From: Camelus ferus
Taxonomy: Eukaryota
Direction of reading: 5' to 3'
Assembly: GCF_009834535.1 (NCBI RefSeq)
Contig: NC_045697.1
Span: 8,682,001-8,742,000, forward strand
Length of the DNA: 60,000 nt
Each line of letters begins with the position of its first letter. The stretch's first letter is position 1. Below are positions 1 to 12,589 of the stretch, piece after piece. The notes beneath the pieces were generated by a model. The model had not been told where the DNA came from and did no database searches. It worked only from the letters and a program-made list of their open reading frames with translations. The translations under genes were made by a program, and so were the position numbers.

Positions 1-1145
1 CTATAACCCAAGGATTAATCTTTGGACCTCTTTCTTCTCTTCTTATACTCATTCCTATGTAAAGTTCACTCAGTCTCAAAGGCCTAAATATTATCAACAT
101 GCTGTTGACTCCCAGACTTTTATCTCTAGACTTCATCTTGCCCCTGAATTATAAACTCATATATCCAACTTCCTACTAGACATCTCCACATGGAGGCTTA
201 GTAAGTGTCTCAAACCTAACATGTCCAAAACCAAACTTTGACACTTATCCAAAAATCTGTTCTTCTCACACTCTTCCTGACCTCAGTAAACTGAGCTTCA
301 GCCTTCCGGACGCTTAGACCAAAAATCTTGGCATTATCTTGCTTCTTCTCCTCTCTACTCTACAACCAACCTATGAGAAAATCCATCACCCCACCTTCAA
401 AATATATCCAACCACTTCTCACTACTTCACTATTATCACCATGGATCATGTCACCATTATTTCTCACCCGGATTGCCAAAAGTGTCCTATCTATCTGTTT
501 ACCTTGCTTCCACTTTTACCCACTATGGTATATTCTCAAAACAGGAACTGTAGTGATCCCTTCAAGTTAAATCACTTCACTCTGCTCAGATCCCTCGGTG
601 GCTTCACATCTCACGCAGAGTAAAACTCAAAGCCCTTACAATGGCCTACAGAGTCTTTCCTGTTCTCTCCTCTTCCTAGATCCTTCTCTCTTTATATCTT
701 CAACTCTGACACTATTCGTTTAGTCACTATTCCCCATATGCAGCTGCACATACAGCTACGAACACTCTCCCTCTCCCTCTCTCTCACTACACACAAACAC
801 ACACGTGCCTCCTCGTGGTTTCATATATTTCCAAATACTAGATGGAGGCCTTTGCACCTGCTCTTCCCCTCCTACTTGGATAACTCTTCCTCCAGATATC
901 TATGTGGCACTTTCTGTCATCTCCTTTATGTCTCTTCTCGAATGATATCTTCTCAGACTTTTCCTTTTATATCTAAATTCTTAACACTCTCCTCTCAGAC
1001 TTCCTTTTTCTCCTTTCCTGCTTTATCTATCTATACAACACATCACTATTTAACATGTTATATATTTGCTTATCTATTGCCTGTAATTCTCTAGTGAAAT
1101 ACCTACATAGGTGCTTAATGACTATTTGTTGAATGAATGAAATAA
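1..1145 (+). mobile_element. L2 LINE 3' portion (L2a-like)
   Basis: Degenerate YADD region (CATGCTGTTGACTCCCAG), pyrimidine-rich body, and typical TGTTGAATGAATGAA 3' tail. Confidence 0.8.
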
Positions 1146-1309
1146 ATAAGAGATGACATAAGAAAGCAAAGAAAATGCTTGCCGAATTGCTTCATTTATA
1201 CTGCAAAACTAGACATTCATATGAATTTTAGAAAATAGTGTCAAGAAAAGGAAAAGTAACTAAATTCTGAAGTCAAGCACAAATTTAAGTTAAAAAGAAA
1301 TGCTATTTT

Positions 1310-2090
1310 TATCACGTCCCCTGACTTCAGATTATACCACAAAGCTACAGTAATCAAAACAGCATGGTACTGGCACCAAAAAAAGACACATAGATCAATG
1401 GAACAGAAGAGAGAGCCGCCAAATAAACCCATACACCTATGGTCAATTAATCTATGACAAATGAGGCAAGAATATACAATAGAGAAAATATAGTCTCTTC
1501 AATAAGTGGTGCTGGAAAAGCTGTAAGAGAATGAAATTAGAACATTTTCTCACACCACACAAAGATAAACTCAAAATGGATTAAAGACCTAAATGTAAGA
1601 CCTGAAACCATAAAACTCCTAGAAGAAAACATAGGCAGAACACTTTTTGACATAAATCACAAAAATATTTTGGGGGGTTTGTCTACTACACCAAAGGAAA
1701 TAAAAGCAAAAATAAACAAATGGTACCTAATTAAACTTAAAAGTTTTTGCACAGCAAAGGAAACCACAGACAAAACCAAAAAAATCCCACTGAATGCAAG
1801 ATATTTACAAATGATAAGACCAATAAAAGGATTAATATCCAAAATATATAATCAGCTCATACCACTCACCACTCAATATCAAAAAAGCAAAGACCTGATT
1901 TAAAAATGGGCAGAAGACCTGAATAGACATTTTTCTGAAGACAACACATGAAAAGATGTTCAACACTGCTAATCATCAAGGAAACGCAAATCAAAACCAC
2001 AATGAGCTATCACCGGTCAGAATGGCCATTATCAAAAAAGTCTACAAATAAATTTTGGCAAGGATGTGAAGAAAAGAGAACCCTTGCACA
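1310..2090 (+). mobile_element. L1 ORF2 3' fragment
   Basis: Decayed L1 ORF2 peptides ([25 protein letters not shown]). Confidence 0.9.
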
Positions 2091-4845
2091 TAGAAAATGG
2101 ATTCTAAATAATCTAACAAATGAATGATAAAATGAGCCTAAGAAACCACCTCCGAAGATTAGACAGAATTTTAATTACACATAAAGCTAAAATTAAAAAC
2201 TCTCTTAAAATTGTATGGCAATAAATATGTTCAATTAAGCAGACCTATAACTGAACATAGTTTGGGTCATCATATTTTAGGAATAGAAGGTGCTTATGAT
2301 TGCCCATACAGTCCTCTCATTTTACATGAGGATCATCTCAAATGATTAAATAAATTGCTGAGGTAATGTAGCTAGATAAAATGACAGTAGCAGGACAAAG
2401 TTTTCCGATCTCCACTATAGTGTTCTCATAGTGTTCTTTTAATCTAATATTGGATTTATTCCACAATCACTGCAAATAGAAATTAAAATAAACTATTAAA
2501 GGGGCTTAAATTACATTAATGAAAATTTCAAATCTTTCCACACACAGAAAAACCTGATAGCCGTGTTATTTTATTTAGTATTTTATTTAATATTAATACT
2601 GAACAATTAATTTCTTCTAAAATTTAAAATCACAGATTCATCATAAAAGAAACAAAAGGTGGATTATGCTTTATTGTTTAATAAACCTTCTCTATCAAGA
2701 CAATAAAAAGATAGACTGAAATCATATAAACAGACTGCTATGACTGAAATGCTTACACAATTCCCCCAAAACAAACAAAACAAAACCACAAAAGCCATAA
2801 TACTTCTCAAGCTAAGTAAACTGTATACTGTCAAAACGGTTTGAAGTGGGTCATCCAAAAAAAGTAACCCTGTAATGACATAATAACACCACTGCAACAA
2901 CCGTCAGGTGAAAAATAGTTTTTGATTAGTATTATGAAAAAAGCACTCATTTGACATTTTCTTCCCCAATGTCAGTCACAACACCAGTCTGAATGCAAGC
3001 TTATGCATTTAATTTGAGGAAAATACTCAGCCAATTAAACTTGAAATACTATCAAGATATTCTTAAAGTATAGTAGGTGTGTGAAGTACCACATACAAGA
3101 AGAGCTTTAAGTGTGTATATTAAAATACTCTCCAAGTATAAGGAGTACTGATGCTGTCAGTATCAGAGTAAGACGCTATCAGCATCCACCAGTGAGGAAA
3201 TAATCACAGCTCTGTTTGGCAAATTTACATGCAAAGGGAGGGGAAAAAAGAGGAAAATGAAGCAACAGAAACAGAAATATTAGGTCAATCTGAAAAAGAC
3301 ACTTGGATCTGATATTCTGGTTTACTATTTCCAGAACAAAAAGAACTAAAGTATTAAAACAAATGGGTAAAGGGTGGAATATTTTAATTTAGAATGTATA
3401 AACAGAATGAACTTTTCAAATCCTTAAGTTTTTGTTTATGCTTTATAAATTGTAAACTCTCTTAAGCAAATTGGTATTATGATTCACTCGTTCACTTTGT
3501 TATAATATTGTAGATGATAAATTTTATAGAAGTCGATATGAATCCTTCCAAATAGGAATCAAAGTAAATGTTACCTACATTTCACATTTCCACTCTCCAG
3601 ATGAAATAAGAATTTTTGAAGACTTAAAAGAGGCACAGTATAGGGAAGTACTTTCATGTAAATTTCCATGAAGTTCTCAGAGCTGGACATATAAGCATCT
3701 CATACTCCTCTATTACTAAGAATAAAGAATAGTCTTTAAAAGGCTTGTGATAATTTTACTGAGAGCATCAGTAAAATTTTCAACTTAAAATTTACTTGTT
3801 TTACTAATACATTTCCTCTGAGTTCAGGGAACACAACTAACAGGGTACATTAAAATGTAACCTTTGAACCTCACAGTGTAAAACATCACTTCCTGGGCAG
3901 AGATAGTACTCCAAGAACAATCAATCACTGTTAAAAAGAATATACACTCAACATTGTTAATTAGTGTTGATGCACTCTTCTCTATGCCCTCATCTGTCAT
4001 GAAGATTGTTTAAAAATCTGAGTTATTAGTCTTTATTTGGGAAAGGATCTGTTTAATATCTTTAAGAGTAGAAATCATTCATCCATACACTCTACACTGG
4101 AGCGTGATAATTCCTACTCTCAATACAAGTTACTGATAACCACCACCCCTCCACTAACTTAGAAGCTATAAATCAGGAAGGGGGCAGCTCCTATGCAACC
4201 CTGTTAATTTCTGTTTACAATCTATCCAACTGAGAATGTTAGCCAGTCAGGCAAGAAACTAGGTGATGGATCAGATAGTAGGAAAACATAACAGCTTAAA
4301 GATAGAAAATAACACAATGACAAATTAAAATGCCATGTGGTTATAAAACACGGGTTGAATATAAAATTAACCTTTAAAAAAATTAATATTCCTGAATGTT
4401 CACTTCATTTTAATTTGAACCTTCTGTGAATCACTGAAAGAAAAATTAAAATTATATTTGACTAAAGATTATGATTTTTTAAATTAAACAGAGAAATTAA
4501 AAATTTGTAAACAAAAAGTTGAACGTATAGGTTTCTACATATAAAAGTCACAAGTTAAGAAAATGAAGCAAAATTCTTAATTTTTTTAGATTTATTTAAC
4601 CTAAAATCATGACATAAAATTTGTGACATTTAACCTCAGACATGATTCAGCATAAAATAACTTTGATGTGTTTCCTAAGAAACTCTGACGCTATTCACCA
4701 GAGTGGAATTCAGTAGGCCAGTTGGGCCCAAAGGCCATCCTGTATCTACATATGTATTTTTCCTCATTAAGAAAACCATTTTCCCTGAATAACACATCCC
4801 AGGCCATAAACACTTCTAATTTCAACAGTCTTCATGAAAGGCTTT

Positions 4846-5460
4846 TATTCATTCATTCAGTATTCATTCTTTCAGGCACTGTTCTAAGCGATGAGGTCCT
4901 TAGCTTTCACAGAGCTTAGATTTTAGTAGGGAAAGATATATAACAAAAAACGGTATCAGACGACAATGAGACTATGCAGATAACTGAAACAGAACATCCT
5001 GACAGAAAGGGACTCGATGACTCATGTAGATTTGAGTGGTCAAGGACCCCAACTCTGAGAAGATGACATTGCCCAAATGACAAAATGGAGCCAGCCGAGT
5101 AAGACTGGAAGGAAAAGCATTTTGAGCAGAAGAAACCCTAAATTCCAAATTAACTTGGAATGTTTTAGGAATAGAAAAAAAGACAAATGTGCCTTACATA
5201 TATTAGGGACAAGAGAGCATTTAGTAGAACATGAGGTCTGAGAGGTAGGGAGGAGCCAGATCACCTAGTGCTTGATAAACTTGGATAAGGAGTTTGGATT
5301 TCACTCTAAATATAATGAGAAAGCACTACAGGATTTTAAGAATAAAAGCCATCCAATATGATTTGCCATCTGGGAACTGGATTGTAGGAGAGCAAAGCTA
5401 GGAGCAGGAGGAGCAGTTAGGAAGCTAGTGCCATAGTTCACATGAGAGATGATGACAGTG
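4846..5460 (-). mobile_element. L2 LINE fragment
   Basis: TTCATTCATTCA start followed by purine-rich reverse-L2 sequence. Confidence 0.65.
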
Positions 5461-6274
5461 TGTTAGGCCATGGTCAGGTCCACCCCGTAATAAGCCCATA
5501 GTAAGTGGACACAGAGTGAAAATCCACAGGCTCTGATCAAGTGAGAGGGGCCCACTGCTGGGGGAGCAAGACCTTCAAGGCCAGGAAGCCAGTTACTAGG
5601 CAGGATGGATCTGGCTCCCTGAACTGCAGGCGTTCCCTTAGGTGGTAACATAACTGTTTCCGGATGCTTATGTTGCTGGATCCATCGCCTGTCAGACATC
5701 ATACTGCACATGGGCTACAGATTTCATCAAACTTCAACAGAACTTCCCTAAAACACAGAATAAGTAGATGACCTACTCTCTTTCTCATCTTGAAAGTTAC
5801 CTACCAGGAATTTTTTTTTTTAACCTCACCAGGGAAAAGTAGGGCCTTCCATGGAGATTTGAACATAAATGTATTTATTAATCCCAACAACCAGACAAAG
5901 CAAAAGAAAGTTAAGATTTTAGAAAACTTGAAGATGGTAGAGAAAAAGAATAAAATTAAGACTTAGGTTAGCAGGTCTCAATTACTCCTTAAGCACTCTC
6001 TTTGGTTCAACCTTTGCACAGATTGACAATGGCTAGCTGAATATACATAGTTGGCACTCAAGAATGTTTGCTGAATGAATTGCCCTACCCATGGTATGAG
6101 AACTATCATGGGGAAAAAAAAAAACAAGGTGTAAGACCGGGACAAAGGAATTCTCTAGGAACAATTTCCTTCAGGCTACTTTTGTAAAATAACTAGTTCA
6201 GCTCTACTAATTTGTAATTTGTGATCTTTTAAATTGAAGCTATAGTCAGTGCTTTTAAAAGGCTATTGTGATTA

Positions 6275-6500
6275 ATAATAACTAATAGTTTATTGAGCAC
6301 TTATGGTATATAAGACCACATACCAAGTATTTTGCATGTAATAGTTCATTTAATCTTTAAACCAACTTAATCAGACAGAAACTATTATTCTTATTTTCAA
6401 ATGAAGAAATTGAGGCTTAAAGACATAAAGTAACTTGTTAGATACCACACTGCTCGGGCTTGTAAGCAAAGTCTGTCTAAAGTTAAGGCCCAATGATGTT
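6275..6500 (-). mobile_element. MIR SINE
   Basis: TTTATTGAGCACTTA...CATTTAATC...GAAATTGAGGCTTA, the reverse MIR core. Confidence 0.75.
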
Positions 6501-6612
6501 AACCACAACTCAATGCTTCATTTAAAACCTTAAATACTACCAACTAAGAACACGAACTAGCACTTTATAGCCTTTAGAATAGAGTATAAAAGTAACTAAA
6601 TTAATTTAGGCA

Positions 6613-6844
6613 CTGCTGACCCTTGAACAACATGGGTTTGAACTGCGCAGGTCCACCTACACGATGGTTTTTTTCAATAGTAACACTGCAGCACTACATG
6701 ACCCAAAGTTGATCCAATCCACGGCTACAGAACCGTGGATAAAGAGGAACTGTGTTTACAAGGACTGACTATAAGTTACACACGGATTTTTCACTGCGGG
6801 AAAGAAACATGCCCCTAACTCCTGTGTTGTTCAAGGGTCAAATG
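6613..6844. mobile_element. TcMar-Tigger MITE (MER8/Tigger2-like)
   Basis: Terminal inverted repeats CTGCTGACCCTTGAACAAC ... GTTGTTCAAGGGTCAAATG, followed by TA. About 232 bp. Confidence 0.88.
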
Positions 6845-7781
6845 TATTACATGTTTTTAAGTATTAATGCTGAAATAATTAACTTACTAATTACCAATTC
6901 TATTTCATTAAAGCAAGTACCCTCCTCTGCTGGCTATATCATTAACCTTCTCTAGTTGATCTCTGTATTTAGCTGTAATAAAATATAATTTTTATAAAAA
7001 TAAACCCATAATTCATCTTTATCTAAGACTCAGCCCAATTTCTGAGAGTTTATTATATTTTAATAAAAAGCAAATGATTTTATAACTTACTAATTATAAG
7101 CTCATACTATGTAACAAATTCACACACACACACTCTTTGTATAGAAACTTTCTATCTCATCCTTTTGCTAAACTTTGGCTAAAAGCTGCCAATATTTTCA
7201 CAGCCTACACATACTTCTTTTCAACATATGCTTTCTATTTAACTTGCAAAGAATAATACACAATGATGAATTTTTAAAAGCACATTTAGGCAAAAGATGA
7301 CTCTGTATAGATAATGATCATAATAATCTAATTTCAAATGTCTTTCCATAATGTTTTTTATGCTTTGCCTTTAACCAGTATGTAAAGTCTTTGCCTTTTA
7401 ATATAATTATATCCCTCAAAAAGAAAATGAATGCATACTACTATACTAATGCAACATCAAGTTGGAAACACAAATTGTAAGACCATTCACTACATGACTG
7501 TATCGATTATATGGAATTGGGTCACTGACATTATGGTAAATAATATCCAAGAAAATGTTTATCTATAATCACTTAATTTTATATATATAACATTCTGTGT
7601 CACTGCAAACTCTGTTATATGATCTCATTCTGAAAGAGAGTATTATAAACATGAGAAAGGGGTTAGCGCTAAGCCAAAAGCAAAAAAATTCTCTTGACTT
7701 TAACGCCATTAAGTCTCAAACATAACACTATATTCATTTTTTGCATAAATTCATATAACTTATATAAGTGTATGTTTTTAA

Positions 7782-7872
7782 AACCTAAGATGGCATCACC
7801 AGGATAGCCCAATAGCCCATCTAGTCTGACAACCTGTCTTAGACAGGGACCAATGGTGGATGCCTCACAGGA
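7782..7872 (-). mobile_element. Ancient amniote CR1-like 3' end relic
   Basis: AAACCTAAGATGGC...CCCATCTAGTCTGACAACCTGTCT...GACAGGGACCAATG resembles, from memory, the reverse 3' end of sauropsid CR1 elements. Confidence 0.45.
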
Positions 7873-9371
7873 CATCACAAACACACAACATAATGTACAT
7901 AATCATGCACAAGTACTCCAGATGGTGGTGAGATTATATCCTAAAAAAAATGAAAACAAATCCCAACCCCCATTACTCCTCTATTCTATAATTTCCCAAA
8001 AGGTGATGGGAAATCTCCAGTAAAGCACAAATTTAACTATAATATAAGCCAATGCTTTGGTGACATGACAAATGACTAAGAAATGATCTCCTAAAATGAA
8101 AAGCTGCACTCAGAAAATAGAACCTAAACTCATCAAAACTTATGATTTGTAAAGGGGGATTTCAATGAATTGAAAAGCTTCTGATTCACTCAATTAGATC
8201 CATGAAAGAGATGAGCAAAATTTAACTAAAGCTTAAAAAAAAGTGTATCTTGTACCCAAGCCATCTATTTTGTGATATGTGTAATACTGTTTTCTAGAAA
8301 GTATTATAAAACTCATATTTTTACTCTTCAGAGAAATGATATTCACACCTGCTTTGTAATGGTTTTAAAGTAAGGCTTGGATTTATTAAATGTTCATCTA
8401 AATGTGCAAAACCACATCATGAAGAAATCGCGGTTTAGTCCTTCAGGAAGTACTATTTCCTAAACAATTACAGACAAAAAATGCACTATATTTTTAAAGA
8501 CTTTTGGAGAAGATAATTCTCTTGGTAGTATACTTGGTATTGATTTAACAATGTTTATAGCCAGGAAACAGTTCCTGACCTGAATTCTCCATGGTACAAT
8601 TTAATTCATTTTCTCTTTTTCTGACCTCAAATAAGTTGTAGAATATTAGGTCATATCATAACATTTTATATATTTGAAAACCCTTATTAAGGTCTCCTTT
8701 TCCAGGGTAACTGCATTGTAGAACTATGAACCAAATAAGAATCCTGTACTGAATTCAGTCTTATAATTTTTATGTGCTGTATATCATATAGCCCAAGAGA
8801 CAGATCTCAAAAATTACTTATCCATCATTTTTACCAAGCACCACTCCTCCCCCAATACACTTTTTTTCAAAAAAAAAAAAAATCTTTAAGAACAAACCTC
8901 AAAAATTTAGAAAGGGAAGCTTATGAGATGAGAGCAAGGAACAATGCACACAAAATTCCATGCAGACACTGCTTGCTTTCTTCCCTAGAATAGGGTATTT
9001 AATGAAATGTATCTCTCAAAATCTCTGGGGCAGAGCTGAAGCTGCAGTGCAGTATCATAAAATCTGCAGCTGTGTTGCTGTTCTTAATAGTCCACACTGC
9101 TTCCTTAGACCACAGGAAGCCAAAACACACAGTCAGAACAGAACTTACCTTAACGAGGAACTGGCCAAAGCAGCAGAGGAGTTACGACAGATCAAGCATC
9201 AAAACTGTTATTGAAAAGACTGCGCACATCTTTAGGAATTTTCTCCTCAAGCAACTTGGTCACTTCAGGAAAGTGGTATCTATTTATGTTTCCAATCACC
9301 AAATTTTTTTAGGAATAAAAACTATAGGATAGGCAAATAAACTTTACTATAGATAAACATTAATAACTTAC

Positions 9372-9501
9372 TTTTATTGCCCACCAAGGCAACCAGTGGC
9401 TGAGTTTCTGACTCCTCACTCACTTTCTTCACGACAGAATACCAATCTTCTAAATTCTCAAAGCTTTGATAATTTGTAATATCATATACCAAGAGGATTC
9501 C
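9372..9501 (-). CDS. RAB28: RAB28 coding exon 4 ([43 protein letters not shown])
   Basis: Acceptor TTTTGTGACAG|GGA, donor AAA|GTAAGT. 130 nt. Ends in GNK of the G4 NKxD motif; later exons are outside the window. Confidence 0.97.
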
Positions 9502-9799
9502 CTGTCACAAAAGAGTTACGGAATATTTGTAACACAACAGTTGAAAAAAATATTAAAACCGAATATGCTTAAGCAGTAGATACTACTAGTAGTCTAGCAG
9601 TCCAGCAGAGTATAAAAATACAAACATGGACTGTTTGTATCTGACTTCAATTTAGTTGTCAGCAGACAGATAACACTAAATATTTTCATTTAAGATAAAT
9701 CCAGCAATTAAAATACAATGCAAGCTAAAGAATAATTTTATCTTTTTGTAAGTGGCTTCCCAATGAAATATCAGGGATATGTTTGGTAAGTTACAATAA

Positions 9800-10420
9800 A
9801 TGTCAGAAAATCATATCACAAAGGTGGAAAAAAACTGCAAGGTCCACAAGTCTGCCTGCCACTTTCATGAGGTCAAACATTTAAACTTCTCAATAAATAA
9901 CCATCTGCTGCTGCTGCTCTCTTTTTAAATATTTTCAAAAATGGAGATTCCATGACATCCCTTGATAGTCAATTTCAGTGTTTAACACAATTTTCTTTAA
10001 ATGAAGTAAGTCGACTTCCTCTTTTGGTCCTCTGTGCATCTGGAGAACAACGTGAGAGTGTCCTCCTTATACTAACCCTTCATGCACTTGAAGATAGCTG
10101 AGTAACTCCTTCACCAGCTCCTCTCCAGAATAAACAAACTCAATTCCTTAAACTTGCCTCAAAGGACCTATTTTCTACCCCTTTAATCATAATTGTTGGT
10201 TCTTCCCAGGGCATGCTACGTACAGTTTTTTGACATCCTCTTTAAAATGAGCAATGTAGAACTGGACATGATACTGTAATAAGAGCCTGAACAAAGCCAA
10301 ATGTAACAGAGGAATTGCTTCCTGCCTCTTATATATCATATTCCTTTTAATATATCCCATTATTTTGTGTGGGAAGGAGAAGTATGTACACATACACAAA
10401 TAACAGTGCCACATTCTTGA
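9800..10420 (-). mobile_element. L3/CR1 LINE 3' fragment
   Basis: Minus frame LHLALFRLLLQYHVQFYIAHFKEDVKKL matches the CR1 RT C-terminal motif [24 protein letters not shown]. Confidence 0.8.
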
Positions 10421-10504
10421 TTCTCATCCAATTTGTGGTTAAATGCTTAATACAAAGCTCTGCATATAGTATGCCTGGATCCTAATAGCATTTAGTCTCC
10501 TTCT

Positions 10505-10820
10505 TGAGTTATAATCATAAATGCTGACTACTTTTTTACACCTACTATGTACCAGACATGTATTAATCTTCACAACAATCATGCAAGACTGGTATTATTA
10601 TCCTCATTTTACTAATACACAGAGGTCAAACACAAAGTAACACAGAGCCAGGATTTGAATCAAGGACTGCATGAATATAAAGCCCACTCATTCATTCTAC
10701 AAACATTTGTCTGCCAACTATACGCCAAGCATTGTGCTGGGTACTAAGGATATACATTCCAACCTCAAGGAACTCACAGTCTTGCAGCAAAGCCAGGCAC
10801 ATAAACAGACAAGTATATAA
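10505..10820 (-). mobile_element. MIR followed by an L2 3' fragment
   Basis: TTAATCTTCACAACAA...CAGAGCCAGGATTTGAA (MIR), then CATTCATTC...AAACATTTG...GCATTGTGCTGGG (L2). Confidence 0.65.
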
Positions 10821-10837
10821 CACAGAAGTCATGGCTG

Positions 10838-11200
10838 ATCACATGCAGGTAAATATTAATCAACCAGCTCGAGCATGTCAGGGGTAGGGAAGAGAGTGTT
10901 ATCTGTAACATTTGTCAGTTTCTGTAATGCAAATACTCGTCTGTGGCCATTTTCAAGCTATTAATGTCACTTTACTGAACTGAGTTGTGGAGTATACCAC
11001 TATTTATACCAAGAGCACAGATAACAGAAATATATAGTAAAATAATTAGTAAGTGATACATTTTGATTATATAAATCTTTGTTTTTAATATAATTTGAGT
11101 TTACATGTAATTTTTATTCATGAATGTATTCAACAACCAGCTCACAAAAATTCATCAGAATTTCACAATTGACTCTTCTAGTCTGGCTCTAGCCTACTAC
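10838..11200 (-). mobile_element. hAT DNA transposon MITE (MER63-like)
   Basis: Repeated AACAACCAGCTC subterminal motif, plus GGCCATTTTCAAGCTA and AT-rich core matching MER63 from memory. Confidence 0.65.
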
Positions 11201-11224
11201 CGTTATGACCTTCCAGCACTATGC

Positions 11225-11450
11225 TTTTTTTTTCCCTCCAGTTTTATTGAGAAATAAGTGACATACATCACCGGACAAGTTTAAGACATACAGCATGATG
11301 GTTTAATTTACATATATTGCATGGTCTTTTATTATTAAATAAGACTGGTCCCTAAGTCACTTAGCCTCTCTGGATCTCAGGTTGTTTGCCTGTAGAATTA
11401 GATCATTGAGTTAAACAGTCTCTAAGATCCCTTTCAGTTTAATTATTCTA
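11225..11450. mobile_element. Short L1 3'-end fragment (minus) followed by a MIR3-like fragment (plus)
   Basis: T-tract plus CAGTTTTATTGAGAAATAAGTGACATAC; then AAGTCACTTAGCCTCTCTG...CTCTAAGATCCCTTTCAG. Confidence 0.6.
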
Positions 11451-12098
11451 TAATTTTATGTAAAATCGCTTGTCTGATTTATTTCAGTAACTTATACATG
11501 TATTTCTGTGTGTCTTCCTAAATGCTTTGTAATAATGCTCAGTACAGAATTATTTGAGATAATGAGCATAATCCCACTTTTCTCATTTAGAATAACACAC
11601 CAGAATTGGCCTCTGAACAAAGCTAGTATTTAATCTATTGACTCAACCTCCAGTTGACATGAGTGATACAATATATTATGTTAAAAGAACTCTGCTCTGG
11701 AAGTCAGATCACTGATCTTGGGCAATGCCTCTGTCATCCACCATTATAATACCTGTCATGCCTAAGTGATTAAGTGAAGTAATAAAAATAGACTTATTTT
11801 AAAACTAACATCCTACACAATTGCTGGGAACTTTTTAAATTATTCTGAATGAATATGAATTACATTTCAAGGTAACTTTGAGGTAGTTTTTACTCTCATA
11901 AATTGAGCCTTGATGGTGCCTCTTAAAGCTTAAAGTTTTTAGAACTCTTCTAACAACATATTAAAATATCCATCAACACAACATGGGTTAATACCTGAAT
12001 GTAATAAAATATATGCAAATAAAACATAGCCAGCATCTCTTGATAATCAGTACTAGACGAGAGCTATACGATAAAAATTAAATACAACTGATCTAGAC

Positions 12099-12308
12099 CA
12101 GGAGTTGGTAAACTATGGCCCCTAGGTCAAATCCAGCTCATAGCTTGTATTTATAAATAAACCTTTGTTGAAATATAGTCATAGTTACTTGCTTAAGTAT
12201 TATTAATGACTGCTTTTGCACTATGATAGCTGAAGCAGAGACAGTCTGACTTGCAAAATCTAAAATATTTTCTATTTGACTCTTTAAGGAAAAGTTGGCC
12301 AATTTCTG
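12099..12308 (+). mobile_element. hAT-Charlie MITE MER58A
   Basis: CAGGAGTTGGTAAACT...AGTTGGCCAATTTCTG ends, with an 8-bp TSD ATCTAGAC (12091) / ATCTAAAC (12309). Confidence 0.88.
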
Positions 12309-12589
12309 ATCTAAACCAACGTGTCCCAATACTCTTAAGTCAGTGACACTTATAAGTTGTCCAGGACTCATAAGAAAGAAGGATAACATCTTTTCATAAA
12401 TCTATCTACCAACCCGAACATCTATCAGTTTATATATCCCTTTCTCAGTACCATCTAATGTAAAAATTATGATTTTATCTTTGCTCCTAACATGACAATT
12501 TTGTACCAGTTTTGACCTACATCAATGTGGTGAAAATCTGAGAAGGGAAAATGAGAAAACCAAAGACCTTAAAACACAAAAGAAGTACT

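Noticed and set aside
8960..9214. Plus-strand ORF with coiled-coil-looking TYLNEELAKAAEELRQIK
   Set aside because: Short and without recognisable homology. The TYL part is just the reverse complement of a splice-donor sequence, treated under the candidate cryptic exon.
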